DNA of 64,000 nt from Eledone cirrhosa (taxonomy: Eukaryota), in assembly GCA_964016885.1 (NCBI GenBank), contig OZ024741.1, positions 399,032,001 through 399,096,000 of the forward strand. The letters are read 5' to 3'. Of the stretch, positions 24,416-36,889 are shown in pieces; position 1 is the stretch's first letter; the number at the start of each line of letters is the position of its first letter. Position numbers and translations under genes: made by a program. The notes under the pieces were generated by a model. The model had not been told where the DNA came from. It searched no databases and saw nothing but the letters and a program-made list of their open reading frames with translations.

Positions 24416-25543
24416 TCTATATATTAATTTCGACAATGTCAGTATTCCGTGTGTCATAATTCTCGATTATCATTGGTTCATAGGTTTCAAACGACTCCGC
24501 CCACCTCAACGACGCCAAACTTAAATTAATATGCATAATGCCAATGAGGGGGTGAGAGGGCAGAGTAAAAAACAGAGAGGCAGAGTGAACGCTGTAACTA
24601 TTACCATGTGTGCGTGTGTATGTACGTGCGCGTATGTTTATGTGTGTGCGCGTACGTGCAGCGTTCCACAGAAAGTAAAATCTATCAACATGTGTGAGTG
24701 TGTGCGTGTGTGTAAGTGCACGGGTGCGTGTGTAACCTTTCGTGCGTGTGCGCGTTTCCATGCGTGTATGTGTGTGTACGTGGGGCATTCCACAATCGCC
24801 ACGCAGTTTTTCTGTCTGTGTGCCTGTCTGTCAGTCTAACGTACACACAGTTGTGAAGGGAGGTAATAGGGACCTTTTTTTACATTGACGGACATTTCTT
24901 ATATATATTATTGTGTCATTTTGTGACAATTGCTCGAAATGAATACTGATAATAAAAGCAATTCGACTTTATCAAACAGTGAACTACAGTGGAGACGGCG
25001 TGCAGCCAGGAATGAAGACAAACGGGCCGAACAGCGCCATCGGAACGCCGAACTTCAAAGGCGAAGACGTGCCGCCATGAATGAAGAGCAGCTGGCTGAA
25101 CAACGCCAACGAAACACTGGAGCCAATCAACGACGGCGTGCTGCGATGGTTAAAGACGAACTGGCTGAGCATAATCTTTTATATTAATTATCTATATCTA
25201 CATATAATATAAAAGACTGGAACTTCCATCATCCTTTTGAGAAACGTGGAACAACCACGTCTATGCAATGATACACGTTTTACAGTCAGGCAGAAGATGA
25301 ACCATCTCCTAGAGGTCGCTATTCTAGGTGGGAGCACCTAGAATTGTTCATATACTATGCACAAATGGTACAACGAAGGATCTGGTATATCTGGAAGATT
25401 TTTTTTACTGTTTTTTGTATCACACAGACACCACGGACTCGCCTCATACTGTAACCAGACAAACATCCAATACAGTCATTTTCTCTTTTTCCTGTCTTCT
25501 CTTATCATCTGTTTACCCGGGCGAAGCTGGGTACGTCAGCTAG
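24416..25543 (+). mobile_element. Non-autonomous Helitron with RepHel remnants
   Basis: A|TC 5' end; 3' hairpin TACCCGG-GCGAAG-CTGGGTA then CTAG|T; RRRAA-repeat N-terminal ORF 24930-25187; PIF1-like IILLRNVEQPRLCNDTRF at ~25213-25326; C-terminal VGAP…GTTKDLVYLE. Confidence 0.85.
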
Positions 25544-25832
25544 TGTATATATATATATATATTTATAAACGGAAAAATGAAACGAAATTTCATTTCTCAC
25601 TCTTAGTACGGCTGTTACTTAAATATAAGTATGTATACGTACATACATATATGTATACAGACGTACAGTAGTATGTATATATATATACATACATGCACAC
25701 ATATATATATGTACGTATGGATTCACCGAACATTTATTATAATGCTCGGTGTGTTTGTAAACAAACACCCCGAATTAAGCCGTACAGTGTCTAGCAACCA
25801 TCGTTGCTCATTTGTTAAACACTGACAAAGGA

Positions 25833-25875
25833 ACGTTGTACTAGTTTCAAGCTTATTAGCTATCGTCAGCAACGT
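25833..25875 (-). ncRNA. Type I hammerhead ribozyme (family X)
   Basis: ACGUUG-CUGACGA-U-AGCU-AAUA-AGCU-U-GAA-ACUAGU-A-CAACGU; perfect 6-bp stem I. Confidence 0.8.
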
Positions 25876-26458
25876 ATACCTTCCTGCCAGATGGTTGAAC
25901 GTCTGAAATTATATACTTTCCTTATGCATATTAACGGATGAGCAGCCTAATTTGCATATCGAGTGAGTTAATCGGCCGGGGTACCGAAAACGATAAACGG
26001 AAAAAATAAAACGAAATTTCATTTCTCACTCTTAGTACGGCTGTTACTTAAATATAAGTATGTATACGTACATACATATATGTATACAGACGTACAGTAG
26101 TATGTATATATATATTGTATGTATATATATATGTATATATATATTGTTTACAAACACACCGAGCATTATAATAATTGTTCGGTGAATCCATACGTACATA
26201 TATATATGTGTGCATGTATATATATATACATACTACTGTACGTCTGTATACATATATGTATGTACGTATACATACTTATATTTAAGTAACAGCCGTACTA
26301 AGAATGAGAAATTAAATTTCGTTTCATTTTTTTCCGTTTATCGTTTTCGGTACCCCGGCCGATTAACTCGCTCGATAAGCAAATTAGGCTGCTCAGCCGT
26401 TAATATGCAAAAGGAAAGTATATACTTTCAGACGTTCAACCATCTGGCAGGAAGGTAT

Positions 26459-26501
26459 ACGTTGCTGACGATAGCTAATAAGCTTGAAACTAGTACAGCG
26501 T
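26459..26501 (+). ncRNA. Type I hammerhead ribozyme (family X)
   Basis: CUGACGA 26465-71, GAAA 26486-89, palindromic stem III ACUAGU, predicted cleavage after GUA (26495), stem I ACGUUG/CAGCGU. Confidence 0.8.
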
Positions 26502-26710
26502 TCCTTTGTCGGTGTTGAACAAATGAGCAACGATGGTTGCTAGACACTGTACGGCTTAATTCAGGATGTTTGTTTACAAACACACCGAGCATTATAATAA
26601 ATGTTCGGTGAATCCATACGTACATATATATATATGTGTACATGTATGTATATATATATATATATATATACATACTACTGTACGTCTGTATACATATATG
26701 CATGTACGTA

Positions 26711-26860
26711 CCAGAGTTTTCAAGTCGCTGGCTGGACTAAAAAGTCACACTCGTTCAGCGATTCGGTAGGGGTTCTCCTAGATGGATATAATTATGGCCG
26801 TACTCGAAAACGAGTTGGCAGCCACCATGTATGTATGTATGTATGTATGTATATATGTAT
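26711..26860 (+). mobile_element. Extremely 5'-truncated RTE 3' end
   Basis: TRVFKSLAGLKSHTRS*, then GGCCGTACTCGAAAACGAG…GCCACC(ATGT)n. Confidence 0.8.
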
Positions 26861-26908
26861 GTATGTATGTATATATGTATGTATATATGTATGTATATAT
26901 GTATATGT

Positions 26909-27520
26909 CAGGTCACCAGTTGGTGCTAATGGTAACATGTATCCCAGTACTACCTATCTCATGGTCGGGTCGTTGGCGACTAAACTGGCAACCCCACCAA
27001 GGTTTCTTGGTGAGGAGGGTGACTTTGGACATCCTGCAGGACTAAAAACAAAACCTGTCAAAGGGCAAAGGAGCTCTTAAGAGTCAATGGCCATCCAAAA
27101 TCACGGGGAGAGATGACCCCTTAGCCTTTGTCAAGGCAGAATTCTAGGAGAAGGAAAACTCTGATATAACACCTGCAACCCTGATGGTATCCAATGATGT
27201 TGACTTGTTCTTCTTTTTGGTAAATATCATCTTGGTTAAGAGAGTGGGACTGGCTTTGTGCAGTGCCTTTGCTCACTATAAAAGCTTCACGGCACAGGCA
27301 TTGCTTTATATCTGGAGATCTCTCTGCCCTTGTCGTCACATGGTACCATGGGCCTGTGTCAATAATTGTCACAAGTGTAGTGTTTGTACCAGAGTTATCA
27401 AGTCGCTGACGGGACTAAAAAGTCACACTCGTTCAGCGCATCGGTAGGGGTTCTCCTACATGGATATAAAGTAGTGACCGTACTCGAAAACGAGTTGACA
27501 GCCACCATGTACGTATACAT
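26909..27520 (+). mobile_element. Bipartite non-autonomous RTE derivative (5' UTR joined to last zinc finger and 3' UTR)
   Basis: CTAGGAGAAGGAAAACTCTGA motif recalled from RTE 5' UTRs; CHKCSVCTRVIKSLTGLKSHTRS* at ~27368-27447; RTE terminus at 27476-27515. Confidence 0.65.
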
Positions 27521-27544
27521 ACTTATATTTATATTTTTATATTT

Positions 27545-27575
<31 letters not shown>

Positions 27576-27627
27576 AATACGCACGCACACACATATATAT
27601 ATACATATATATAATATATATATGTGT

Positions 27628-27771
27628 GAAGGCGCATGGCTTAGTGGTTAGAGCAATTGGCTTGCAATCGAAAGGTTGTGAGTTCAATTTTCGGACCGGG
27701 TGATGTGTTGTTTCCTTGAGCAAGACACTTTATTTCACGTTGTTCCAGTTTACTCAGCTGTAGAAATGAGA
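27628..27771 (+). mobile_element. tRNA-derived CORE-type SINE (family S2), 3' truncated
   Basis: A-box TGGCTTAGTGG, B-box GAGTTCAATT, CCTTGAGCAAGACACTT core-like motif. Confidence 0.8.
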
Positions 27772-27918
27772 TGATAGGACTGGGGTCCTATAATCTCATT
27801 TCTACAGCTGAGTAAACTGGATTAAATTACTATCATTAAATTACCCAAGACACCTCCAATGAGATATAACTTGGAGGAGACCAGCTAAACCTGCATAGGT
27901 GTGAGCTGTCACACACAC

Positions 27919-27963
<45 letters not shown>

Positions 27964-28299
27964 GTGTGTGTGTGTGTGAAAGTGCGTGTATGTGTGTATC
28001 TATGTGTGTCTGCATCATGTACCTATGTAGGTGTACATAACACCAATCATGTAAAAATGATCGACTGATCGAACTTCTGCAGTTTTGTGTTAATGGTTAA
28101 GTTTTATCAGAGAACTTATTGCAAATGATCAACGTTTTATATATAATTCAGTTTAAACATGAAAGTTCTGAACTTCATAGCCGAAATTATTACACCGGTC
28201 ACACAATCACGACTCTTTCTCGTTGATAAACCATGCACTTAGAACAACGAGTTAGTTCAAAACTTTTCCATGCAGTAAAACCAAAAATTAGATAGGACA

Positions 28300-28560
28300 A
28301 TATTAACACATTGTCATAGCGCCCACTGTCGAACATTCCTGACAAAGTCTCTCCACAATTAGTAATTTTCCATTACTCCTGGCAACTGTTCCCTATTGAG
28401 GTTTCTATCATCTGAGAGTTGATCGTGAAGGTTCGGGCAAGACTTCCACTACTGCGTCTCCTGTAAGTTACTTTCCACAATAGTAGCTTGTGTTTAATTT
28501 CTTGCTTACTTCTCCAGCAATATCCTGCAAATCGTGACCATCTCTGAGCAATTGTAGTTG
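28300..28560 (-). pseudogene. Degenerate RTE-like LINE C-terminal fragment
   Basis: RFAGYCWRSKQE…LLLWK…RRSSGSLART resembles RTE RFAGHCxR…LLLW…GRP. Confidence 0.6.
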
Positions 28561-29008
28561 TTTCCGAACAACAACTCATTCCCTTCTTTAAGTATCACTT
28601 TAGAAGGAAAATCAGGGTGGAGAGAGAGGTACTGCACCCCAGTAAATTTACTGAAAGGTGGATGAATGTAGCAAAAATGCCCCGATTGGGCCTTCTCTGT
28701 ATATAAACCTGTAGGTTGAAGAAGAGAACAAAAGGAAGAAAGGATCACTTTCACAGCATGCTCCTGGAGCTGAGTGTTGTTCTATCTACGGGCTATAAAA
28801 CAACCCATTTGTAACGCCTCCCCCCTATTGGGAATTTCAATTGTTGAATTTCTTTGTTAAACATTTTTTTTTTACACGATTGTATGTAAAATCCCCGGCA
28901 TATGTCCTTGTACCCCCCCCCCCCTTCTTGTGCGCCCATGTGGCAAATAAAGAAATATATCTTAGGCAAGTTTCTGTATAAACTTTCTATTGTAACATTA
29001 TATTCTCA

Positions 29009-29200
29009 TGGCGGTGGATTGGCAGTATCGGTAGAGTGTCGGGCGCCATGCTTTGACGCATAGAGTTGCGGCCCTTGCCATTCTGAGTTCAAATCCCGCC
29101 GAGTTTAACTTTGCCTTTCATCCTTATGGGGTCGATAAAATAAAGTACCAGTAATACATTGGGTATGTGCTGGCCTTGTGCCAAAAAAGTAGAAACAATT
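29009..29200 (+). mobile_element. tRNA-derived SINE (family S1), full length
   Basis: A-box-like TGGCAGTATCGG, B-box GAGTTCAAATCCC, central CCTTTCATCCTT…GGGGTCGATAAAATAAAGTACCAG (Meta-domain-like from memory), AT-rich tail. Confidence 0.9.
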
Positions 29201-29600
29201 ATAATTCTCTATAGAAGTCCATACAAAATGAGACGGTTTTACTAATATCAGAATGTAAACGAAAAATGAACATACAGAAAACATGAAACCATGAAGAAAT
29301 TTTAACGAGAGCGTTCTTGGTTTTCTTCCACTCCCATAATCCTTTAAAACCATTATTAAGCACGTGACCAATACATCATTAGTATGACAATACTGATTCT
29401 GGTGATAGAGACGGTAAGGCCTCGTAACGTTAATACACACGTGGATTTAAAACATTATTAATCTAAACTAAGCATAAAAAAAACTAATAGGAAAATACTA
29501 AACAAACTATAACAAAAATAATCAATCGCGAGCGCAGATGTTCTTTTCCTCCTTTTCTTTCAATATTACATGTTTGAAAGAAGAGCTGATCCTTACTTAT

Positions 29601-29646
<46 letters not shown>

Positions 29647-29647
<1 letters not shown>

Positions 29648-29854
29648 ACGAAGGAAATGTGGTAAGGAACCAGGTGAACCATAACGCACCAGAGTACTCT
29701 ATACTTTGGGTAGTAGAATGGGTAATAGGAAAATAGTCAGGACCCCGACGACAGAGCTCAAACCGTTTCGACGGCTATTTCTGGACTCTATGTTCTGAGT
29801 CCAGAAATAGTCGTCGAAACGGCTTGAGCTCTGCCGTCGGGGTCCTGACTCTTT
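29647..29854. mobile_element. Family A tail+hairpin mini-element
   Basis: As 5522-5696. Confidence 0.85.
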
Positions 29855-29870
29855 ATATATATATATATAT

Positions 29871-30165
29871 TGTTATACTTTGGGAGGGTCATGCTGCCAA
29901 TAAAAACACACGCACCTGTTATATTTTACTTCAATTTATTATAAGTTTCCGGCTGGTTGGTTGGTTCGACGTCCTCAGTGACTATGTTTTTATTTTGTGC
30001 CTCCCCTTTGTTCTGTCATACAAAAGCACCTTGCTTTTGTGTGTTGTATATAAACAACCATCCGGTTATCGAACCAACCACCCAACCGGAAACCTATGAT
30101 AAATTGAAGTGAAAGCCAATAGGTGCGTGTTTTTATTGGCAGCGTAACTCTCCCAAAATATAACA
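29871..30165. mobile_element. MITE-like element with ~100-bp imperfect TIRs and TGT…ACA termini (family F)
   Basis: TGTTATACTTTGGGAGGGTCATG… / …CTCTCCCAAAATATAACA. Confidence 0.7.
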
Positions 30166-30217
30166 ATATTTGATTTAACATGTTTTCAGATAAGAAATCT
30201 CGCAAAACAAATTCAAA

Positions 30218-30270
<53 letters not shown>

Positions 30271-30282
30271 ACTTCGATCCTA

Positions 30283-30394
<112 letters not shown>

Positions 30395-30582
30395 TTATAA
30401 GCAGGATGGAAGTCAATGTTGCACCGGGACCCGACTCTGACTTGACATCTCATCAAATATGCGAGTTTATAATGTGCAAAAATGAATGTTTTCATCCTCC
30501 TTAACCATGTGATAAGCTATAATAATAGTATCAAGTGCTTAGAATGGTGAATCACCTGTAACTGTAGTTACGCACTTATCTA

Positions 30583-30613
<31 letters not shown>

Positions 30614-30731
30614 AATATACATACATACATATCTATATTACATACATACATATATAGACATATATATATATATATATATATAATATTAATTCAAAATATT
30701 AACAAAAATAGAACTTCTTGTGATCAAGTAT

Positions 30732-30796
30732 ATTTTATTATTATATTTCAGAGGTACTGAGCTAACTTCAACAGTACGTCCTCATCAGATAAAATA
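30732..30796 (-). ncRNA. Type I hammerhead-like motif within a TA-flanked element (~30682-31020)
   Basis: AUUUUAU-CUGAUGA-stem II (GUACUG/CAGUAC)-GAAA-minimal stem III-AUA-AUAAAAU; the opposite end has a TTGAGTGC tail. Confidence 0.55.
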
Positions 30797-30844
30797 AGAT
30801 GATGCATGACATACCCTGACATAGTGGATGGTTAAGATCCAGTT

Positions 30845-30938
30845 ATGGTAGTATTAATAACTCCGGAAATGGTAGTATTAATAACACGGTAGTATTAATA
30901 ACATGATAGTATTAATAACATGGTAGTATTAATAACTC
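30845..30938. repeat. ~17-bp tandem repeat ATGGTAGTATTAATAAC x5
   Basis: Direct reading. Confidence 0.85.
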
Positions 30939-31015
30939 CGGAAAACCAATTTGTTGAGTGCTTCCAATCTATTGTAAAACTAATTCTTTGATTTATTCAT
31001 TGAACCTTGTTTAAC

Positions 31016-31054
<39 letters not shown>

Positions 31055-31216
31055 AAAATCACGAGCACTCTATCTCAAAATTATTTTTGAAAAGCATTAG
31101 AAATGCGCAACCGGTAAAAACTTAAAACTAAAACTGAATACTAATTTATACTTATTCCTAATTAAACTATTTTTCACTGGGAAAAATTTGTCAGCATTTT
31201 CTTTTCCTTTTTACTA

Positions 31217-31255
<39 letters not shown>

Positions 31256-31445
31256 GCGGGGGTGGTAGTAGTGGTAGTGTTCATATACATGATACTGTAT
31301 ATTCAGTACGTTATGAGGTTTTATTTATCTATGTCAACATTTGTGTGTGCATAACAATCTCTTAATTGGTTGTTAATCTATCAGCAGCAAATCCGTGCAT
31401 GTAGAACGGAAATATAAATGGACGTGTACATATAGATAATGTATG

Positions 31446-31483
<38 letters not shown>

Positions 31484-31714
31484 TATATATATGTATGTAT
31501 GTGTGTGTGTGTGTTTGTATATATATATATATATATCTATATACATATATACATATATATATATAAATATATATATATATGTTTGTATATATATGTATGT
31601 CTATATATATATATATGTATGTATATGTAAATATATATGTGTGTGTGTGCTTTATATATACAAACGGTGCAGTCTATGGAATGAATATATTAGTTTAACG
31701 CTTAAAATAGCAGG

Positions 31715-31812
<98 letters not shown>

Positions 31813-32153
31813 CCATCTAACTGGGTGTAGGCGTGATTATTTGTGCGTAGAGATGACATTGATCCGTGTATAAATACGTCGACAAGTTCCAACTGATACG
31901 ACTGAATGTATTGATCGTAAGATCGAGTGAAGTTGTCAAAAGAAATGTCTTGGCTTCGTTAGTTTTAATAATATTTCAAGAGAATATTACCAAAATGCTG
32001 TCAGTATTAAATGTCGCGGGAGTCAACACAGCCAGTATCAGCCGCTCAGTTCCGCTTGAAAGAATACCGTCATTTCTCTATATGTTTAACTTACCATCAA
32101 ATACACTATATATATTTTTATGTCTGTCTATAAATTGCATCATACATACATGC

Positions 32154-32750
<597 letters not shown>

Positions 32751-32799
32751 TATATATCATATATATATATGTATATCATATATAAATATATATATATAC

Positions 32800-32878
<79 letters not shown>

Positions 32879-33657
32879 CGTGTGTGTGTGTGTGCGTGTG
32901 TGTGTGTATTCATGTGTACCTATGTGTGTGTATATATATATACACACATATGTGTGTGTGTGGTAGTCCGATTTATTTATATCTCTTTCCTGACACACGT
33001 ATTCATTTCCTCCCATTTTCACTCTTTTTATTTTAAAAAATCTGCCTATCTGTCTGTCTTTCTCTCATTATCTATTTCACTCTATCTATCTCTCATCTAT
33101 CTCTTTCGCTCTCTCTTTATATATATATATATATATATATATATGATTGTATTTACAGTATATTTGACAATATACTGTATGTTTAATTAAAAACACTTTG
33201 AAGATCATTCGGTATGAGTTTTAAAGTAGTGACTATGTCACTTATTTTCTGCAAAAACAAAGGAGAGTGATCGACAGTCTGTTTCTCACTCGTTAGCGTT
33301 TATCAAGACCACACACTCCCTTGCCTGTGCCAAAAATTATAGAAGCTGGATTCTTATAGAATTCCAGTAATATTTAAGACCTGATTAAACAGCGATTGCC
33401 GGTCCAGCAAAATTAGGTATTATTATTGGTGCTCAGAATTAGCGATGTATATACCTCCGCCTCTTTATAAATATATATTCAGCAAATAATACTATACTTT
33501 AGTTTTTCTTGAAGAGACGCTCAATAGAACAGGAATTACGAGTCTAGAAATTGGTAGTAACCTATCAACTACTACGCTAGTCGATACATCGATCTTCAAC
33601 GATCAATCAACCCTCTGTAACGATCGCAAATCGAACTAATTAATTACCTAACATTTT

Positions 33658-33738
<81 letters not shown>

Positions 33739-33829
33739 CGAGAGACTCCTAGACTCCATTAAAACATCTTTTTTGCCTTCCACACTTAAAAAGCTCAGGC
33801 AAATGCATCACTTAATATGTGGCCTCTAT

Positions 33830-33955
33830 TGCGATGTATAGGATTGCTGGCCATAGGCAAGTCCCCAGTAGGACTAAAGGGCCATGCTTAAGTATCAAGC
33901 GATGGCGTTACTCAAAATTGAATTGCAGCCATCATGTAAGTATGTATGTGTATGT
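33830..33955 (+). mobile_element. Degenerate RTE 3' end
   Basis: GKSPVGLKGHA zinc-finger remnant and …TACTCAAAATTGA…GCAGCCATCATGT terminus. Confidence 0.55.
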
Positions 33956-34819
33956 ATAAAGGTTCTTGGCACTACCATTGTTACTATCGCTTTCCTCTAG
34001 CCATGGGACTTGGAGACCTAAGCCGAATGCTACCATTCTATTATACATCGATGTGGGACTGCTCTTTCTAATAACCAACTTTTCACTATCTTATTAATTT
34101 GTATTTGAGACTCGTTGGCTGAGAGCTTTTGGCGGGAGCGAAAATATTTTTTTTTTTTAATCTCACGCTACCACATAAAGTGTGTAAATCGGTGGCTGGT
34201 CGGGGGACAGAGTTGTATCGGATTCCAGTTGCTAATCACTTTACTGTGTCGGCCGTCACAAAAGTCATAGCCGGTATGGGCTGGGGTTTGGATTCTGTCG
34301 ATCGTTTGGTTATTGATTAGGCGAGACCCGCTGATGAACCCACATGCACCGATTATGCATTGTTGCATAATATATGCAGACAGAGGGTGCAGTGCACCCT
34401 ACTGCTGCATTAAGTGTGGGCATACGCAAGGGGCAATCCGTCTTGTGGTCTATGTATTGATGAACGAATAAATATTCTAAAGCGATTACGCAATAGTGAT
34501 TGCTTAAACTCGAGAAATGAATTCTTCACACGTTGTCCACAAGTCTGGAAACACCTCTTACATAACTACAAAGCTCCGAATTGAACAACAACAACATCCT
34601 AATTTTCTTATCAACTAGAAACTTTCGGACTTTCTCAGTTATCTCCCTTACACCTCTCGCACGCAGTTTTGTATTGCGTGGGTGAAGTGACCGTTCCTGC
34701 GCATCCGCGTTCATACGATTGTCCTTCCTGTTCCGTATAACCATGTCCATTACGAGCTGAAGATCCGCTAAGGTGAAACAATTATTCTCGATATGGTGAA
34801 CTAACTGTAGTGCAACCAC

Positions 34820-34873
<54 letters not shown>

Positions 34874-34875
<2 letters not shown>

Positions 34876-35062
34876 CAAAAAAAGTGTGGTAAGAAAGCAG
34901 GTAGACCATAACGCACCAGAGTACTAGATACTTAGGGTAGTAGAGTGGGTAATAGGAAAAGAGTCAGGACCTCGATGGTTGAGGTCCGGCCGTTTCGACA
35001 GCTAGATCGACGGCTATCGAAACGGCCGGAGCTCAGCCGGCGGGGTCCTGATTCTTTTCGTA
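34874..35062. mobile_element. Family A tail+hairpin mini-element (diverged)
   Basis: As 5522-5696. Confidence 0.8.
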
Positions 35063-35188
35063 TATATATATAATGTAATCTGAGTTTTTCGAGTATTAAT
35101 AATAATATTCGATTCGTTTGCAATTATCCAAACAAGCCTCATTTTTGAAGCCATGTCAGTAGAATGAGCCCCTCATTTTTGCTCTTGT

Positions 35189-35270
35189 GTTGGCATGTGA
35201 ACAAAACTGCAGACACTAATGTTTCTGGGTACCACCCTTCATCAGTACAGCTCACTGTTCACCTGCCAAC
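35189..35270 (-). ncRNA. Type I hammerhead ribozyme with extended stem I
   Basis: GCUGUA-CUGAUGA-A-GGGU-GGU-ACCC-A-GAA-ACA-UUAG-UGU-C-UGCAGU; distal pairing GUUGGCA-G-GUGAACA / UGUUCAC-A-UGCCAAC. Confidence 0.75.
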
Positions 35271-35444
35271 TGTCAGAGCTAGTGAAAATATATGATTTTT
35301 TCTAAAACATATATATATATATATATACAAAAGTTCTATTTAAATTGTTGGGATACAACAAGCAAAATTTTTATAACGCACTCAAAAATGTTATAATTGT
35401 TAATATATTAAAGGAAATTTTATGTTATACACACTTTATGTTAT

Positions 35445-35534
<90 letters not shown>

Positions 35535-35537
<3 letters not shown>

Positions 35538-35711
35538 TTAATATAGATGAGATTCTACAGGACTAGAACTGTTTCATTCTTTAGAAATCATCAGGAATAC
35601 AATGAAACAGTTCTAGTCCTGTAGAATCTCATCTATATTAAAACCTTTATACTCTGCAATATATTGAGTACCTTACTTACTGTGGTTACCTCCGATTCAA
35701 CCCGGAATAAC

Positions 35712-35712
<1 letters not shown>
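35535..35712. mobile_element. Family B hairpin+tail element with complete HHR
   Basis: 44-bp perfect inverted arms, ~68-bp tail with TATTGAGTAC; (TA)n on both sides. Confidence 0.85.
35551..35600 (-). ncRNA. Type I hammerhead ribozyme (family B)
   Basis: AUUC-CUGAUGA-U-UUC-UAAA-GAA-U-GAA-ACAG-UUCUAGUC-CUGU-A-GAAU. Confidence 0.7.
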
Positions 35713-35777
<65 letters not shown>

Positions 35778-35786
<9 letters not shown>

Positions 35787-36380
35787 TACTCCAGGTAGCA
35801 CATGGATAACATGTAATAAAATGAGTCCCTCATCAGTGATTTGCCGACGATCATAGATATTTCATTGCATTAAAAATCATATACCTCACGTCGGTGCAAT
35901 AATAACCAAAATAAGTTATTAGGATAATTGAAACGCGTAAAGCGAGTGAGACAGGAGAACAACAAAAAGTATAACTAACCGTAGGGGGAAGAAACAAGCT
36001 TCAAAAATGATTCTGTTTTGCATAAGCTAGGTGAATATATGAGCGCTTTTAGAACAGACCCGACACGAGCGATGGCTATGTGAGGAGAGAGAAAAATAGC
36101 CTTCGTGGTGTACAGGATGAAATGAAGAGAAGAGAAACAGTGAGTGAGTGAAAGTGTGAGGAAGAGTTAACTGACATGACAGAGGGGGAGAAACAGAGAG
36201 AATGGAGGAACAGTAAGAAAGAGAGAGAAAAAAACACAGAATCGCAGTGGTAAATATATGTAATAAAATATAGAGAAAAATACTGCAGGTAGCACATGGA
36301 TAACATGTAATAAAATGAGTCCCTCATCAGTGATTTGCCGACGATCATAGATATTTCATTGCATTAAAAATCATATACCT

Positions 36381-36383
<3 letters not shown>
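35778..36383. repeat. ~110-bp direct repeats ~494 bp apart
   Basis: AAAAATACT…GTCCCTCATCAGTG…ATACCTCAC at ~35780-35889 and ~36273-36383. Confidence 0.85.
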
Positions 36384-36438
<55 letters not shown>

Positions 36439-36446
36439 ATTTTAAG

Positions 36447-36565
36447 ATCTGAGTTCAAATCCCGCCGAGGTTGACTTTGCCTTTCATCCTTACGGGGTCG
36501 ATAAAATAAAGTACCAGTAATGCAGTGGGTATTTGCTGGCCTTGTGCTTAAAGTAGAAACAATTA
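36447..36565 (+). mobile_element. SINE S1, 5' truncated
   Basis: B-box onward. Confidence 0.85.
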
Positions 36566-36889
36566 TTTACTACAGATTCACCAGTTTGAGCACTCAATAC
36601 CAACATGGATCAGGTTGTGGTATTCCATGTTTGATGTTACACCGTGGTCTGTATCCTTAAGGAACAGTGTTAATAATAATTTTAAGATAAATATATATGT
36701 GTGCATGTGTGTGAGCGTGTGTATGAGTGTATATGAGTTTTTGTGTGTTTATGTGTAGGTGTACCTCTGTATGTTTCTGAGTGTGTATGTGTGTGTGCGA
36801 GTTTATGCAGGCGAATCCATATGTGTATTTGAGTGTTTGCATGTGTGTGTCTGTGTACATGTATGTACAGCGTTATGCCAGCATATATC

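Larger units (their letters stand above)
25567..26710. mobile_element. Family X: two head-to-head arrays of a ~428-bp HHR-containing tandem unit (retrozyme-like)
   Basis: Minus arm 25567-26115 (unit restarts at 25995, period 428); plus arm 26146-26710 (restarts at 26572, period 426). Confidence 0.85.

Noticed and set aside
25949-25958. Octamer ATTTGCAT in family X
   Set aside because: Not conserved in the opposite-arm copy (ATTTGCTT)
29009-29100. tRNA genes at SINE heads (also 27628)
   Set aside because: A/B boxes are present but there is no complete cloverleaf; they continue into multi-copy SINE bodies
29940-29985. CUGAGGA…GAAAC on the minus strand in family F
   Set aside because: Stems I-III do not pair, and the motif is absent from the other TIR
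35820-35945. CTGATGA (minus strand) in the 110-bp direct repeat and GAAACGCGTA at ~35930
   Set aside because: Could not assemble a consistent three-stem fold; the halves are on opposite strands or lack stem III pairing
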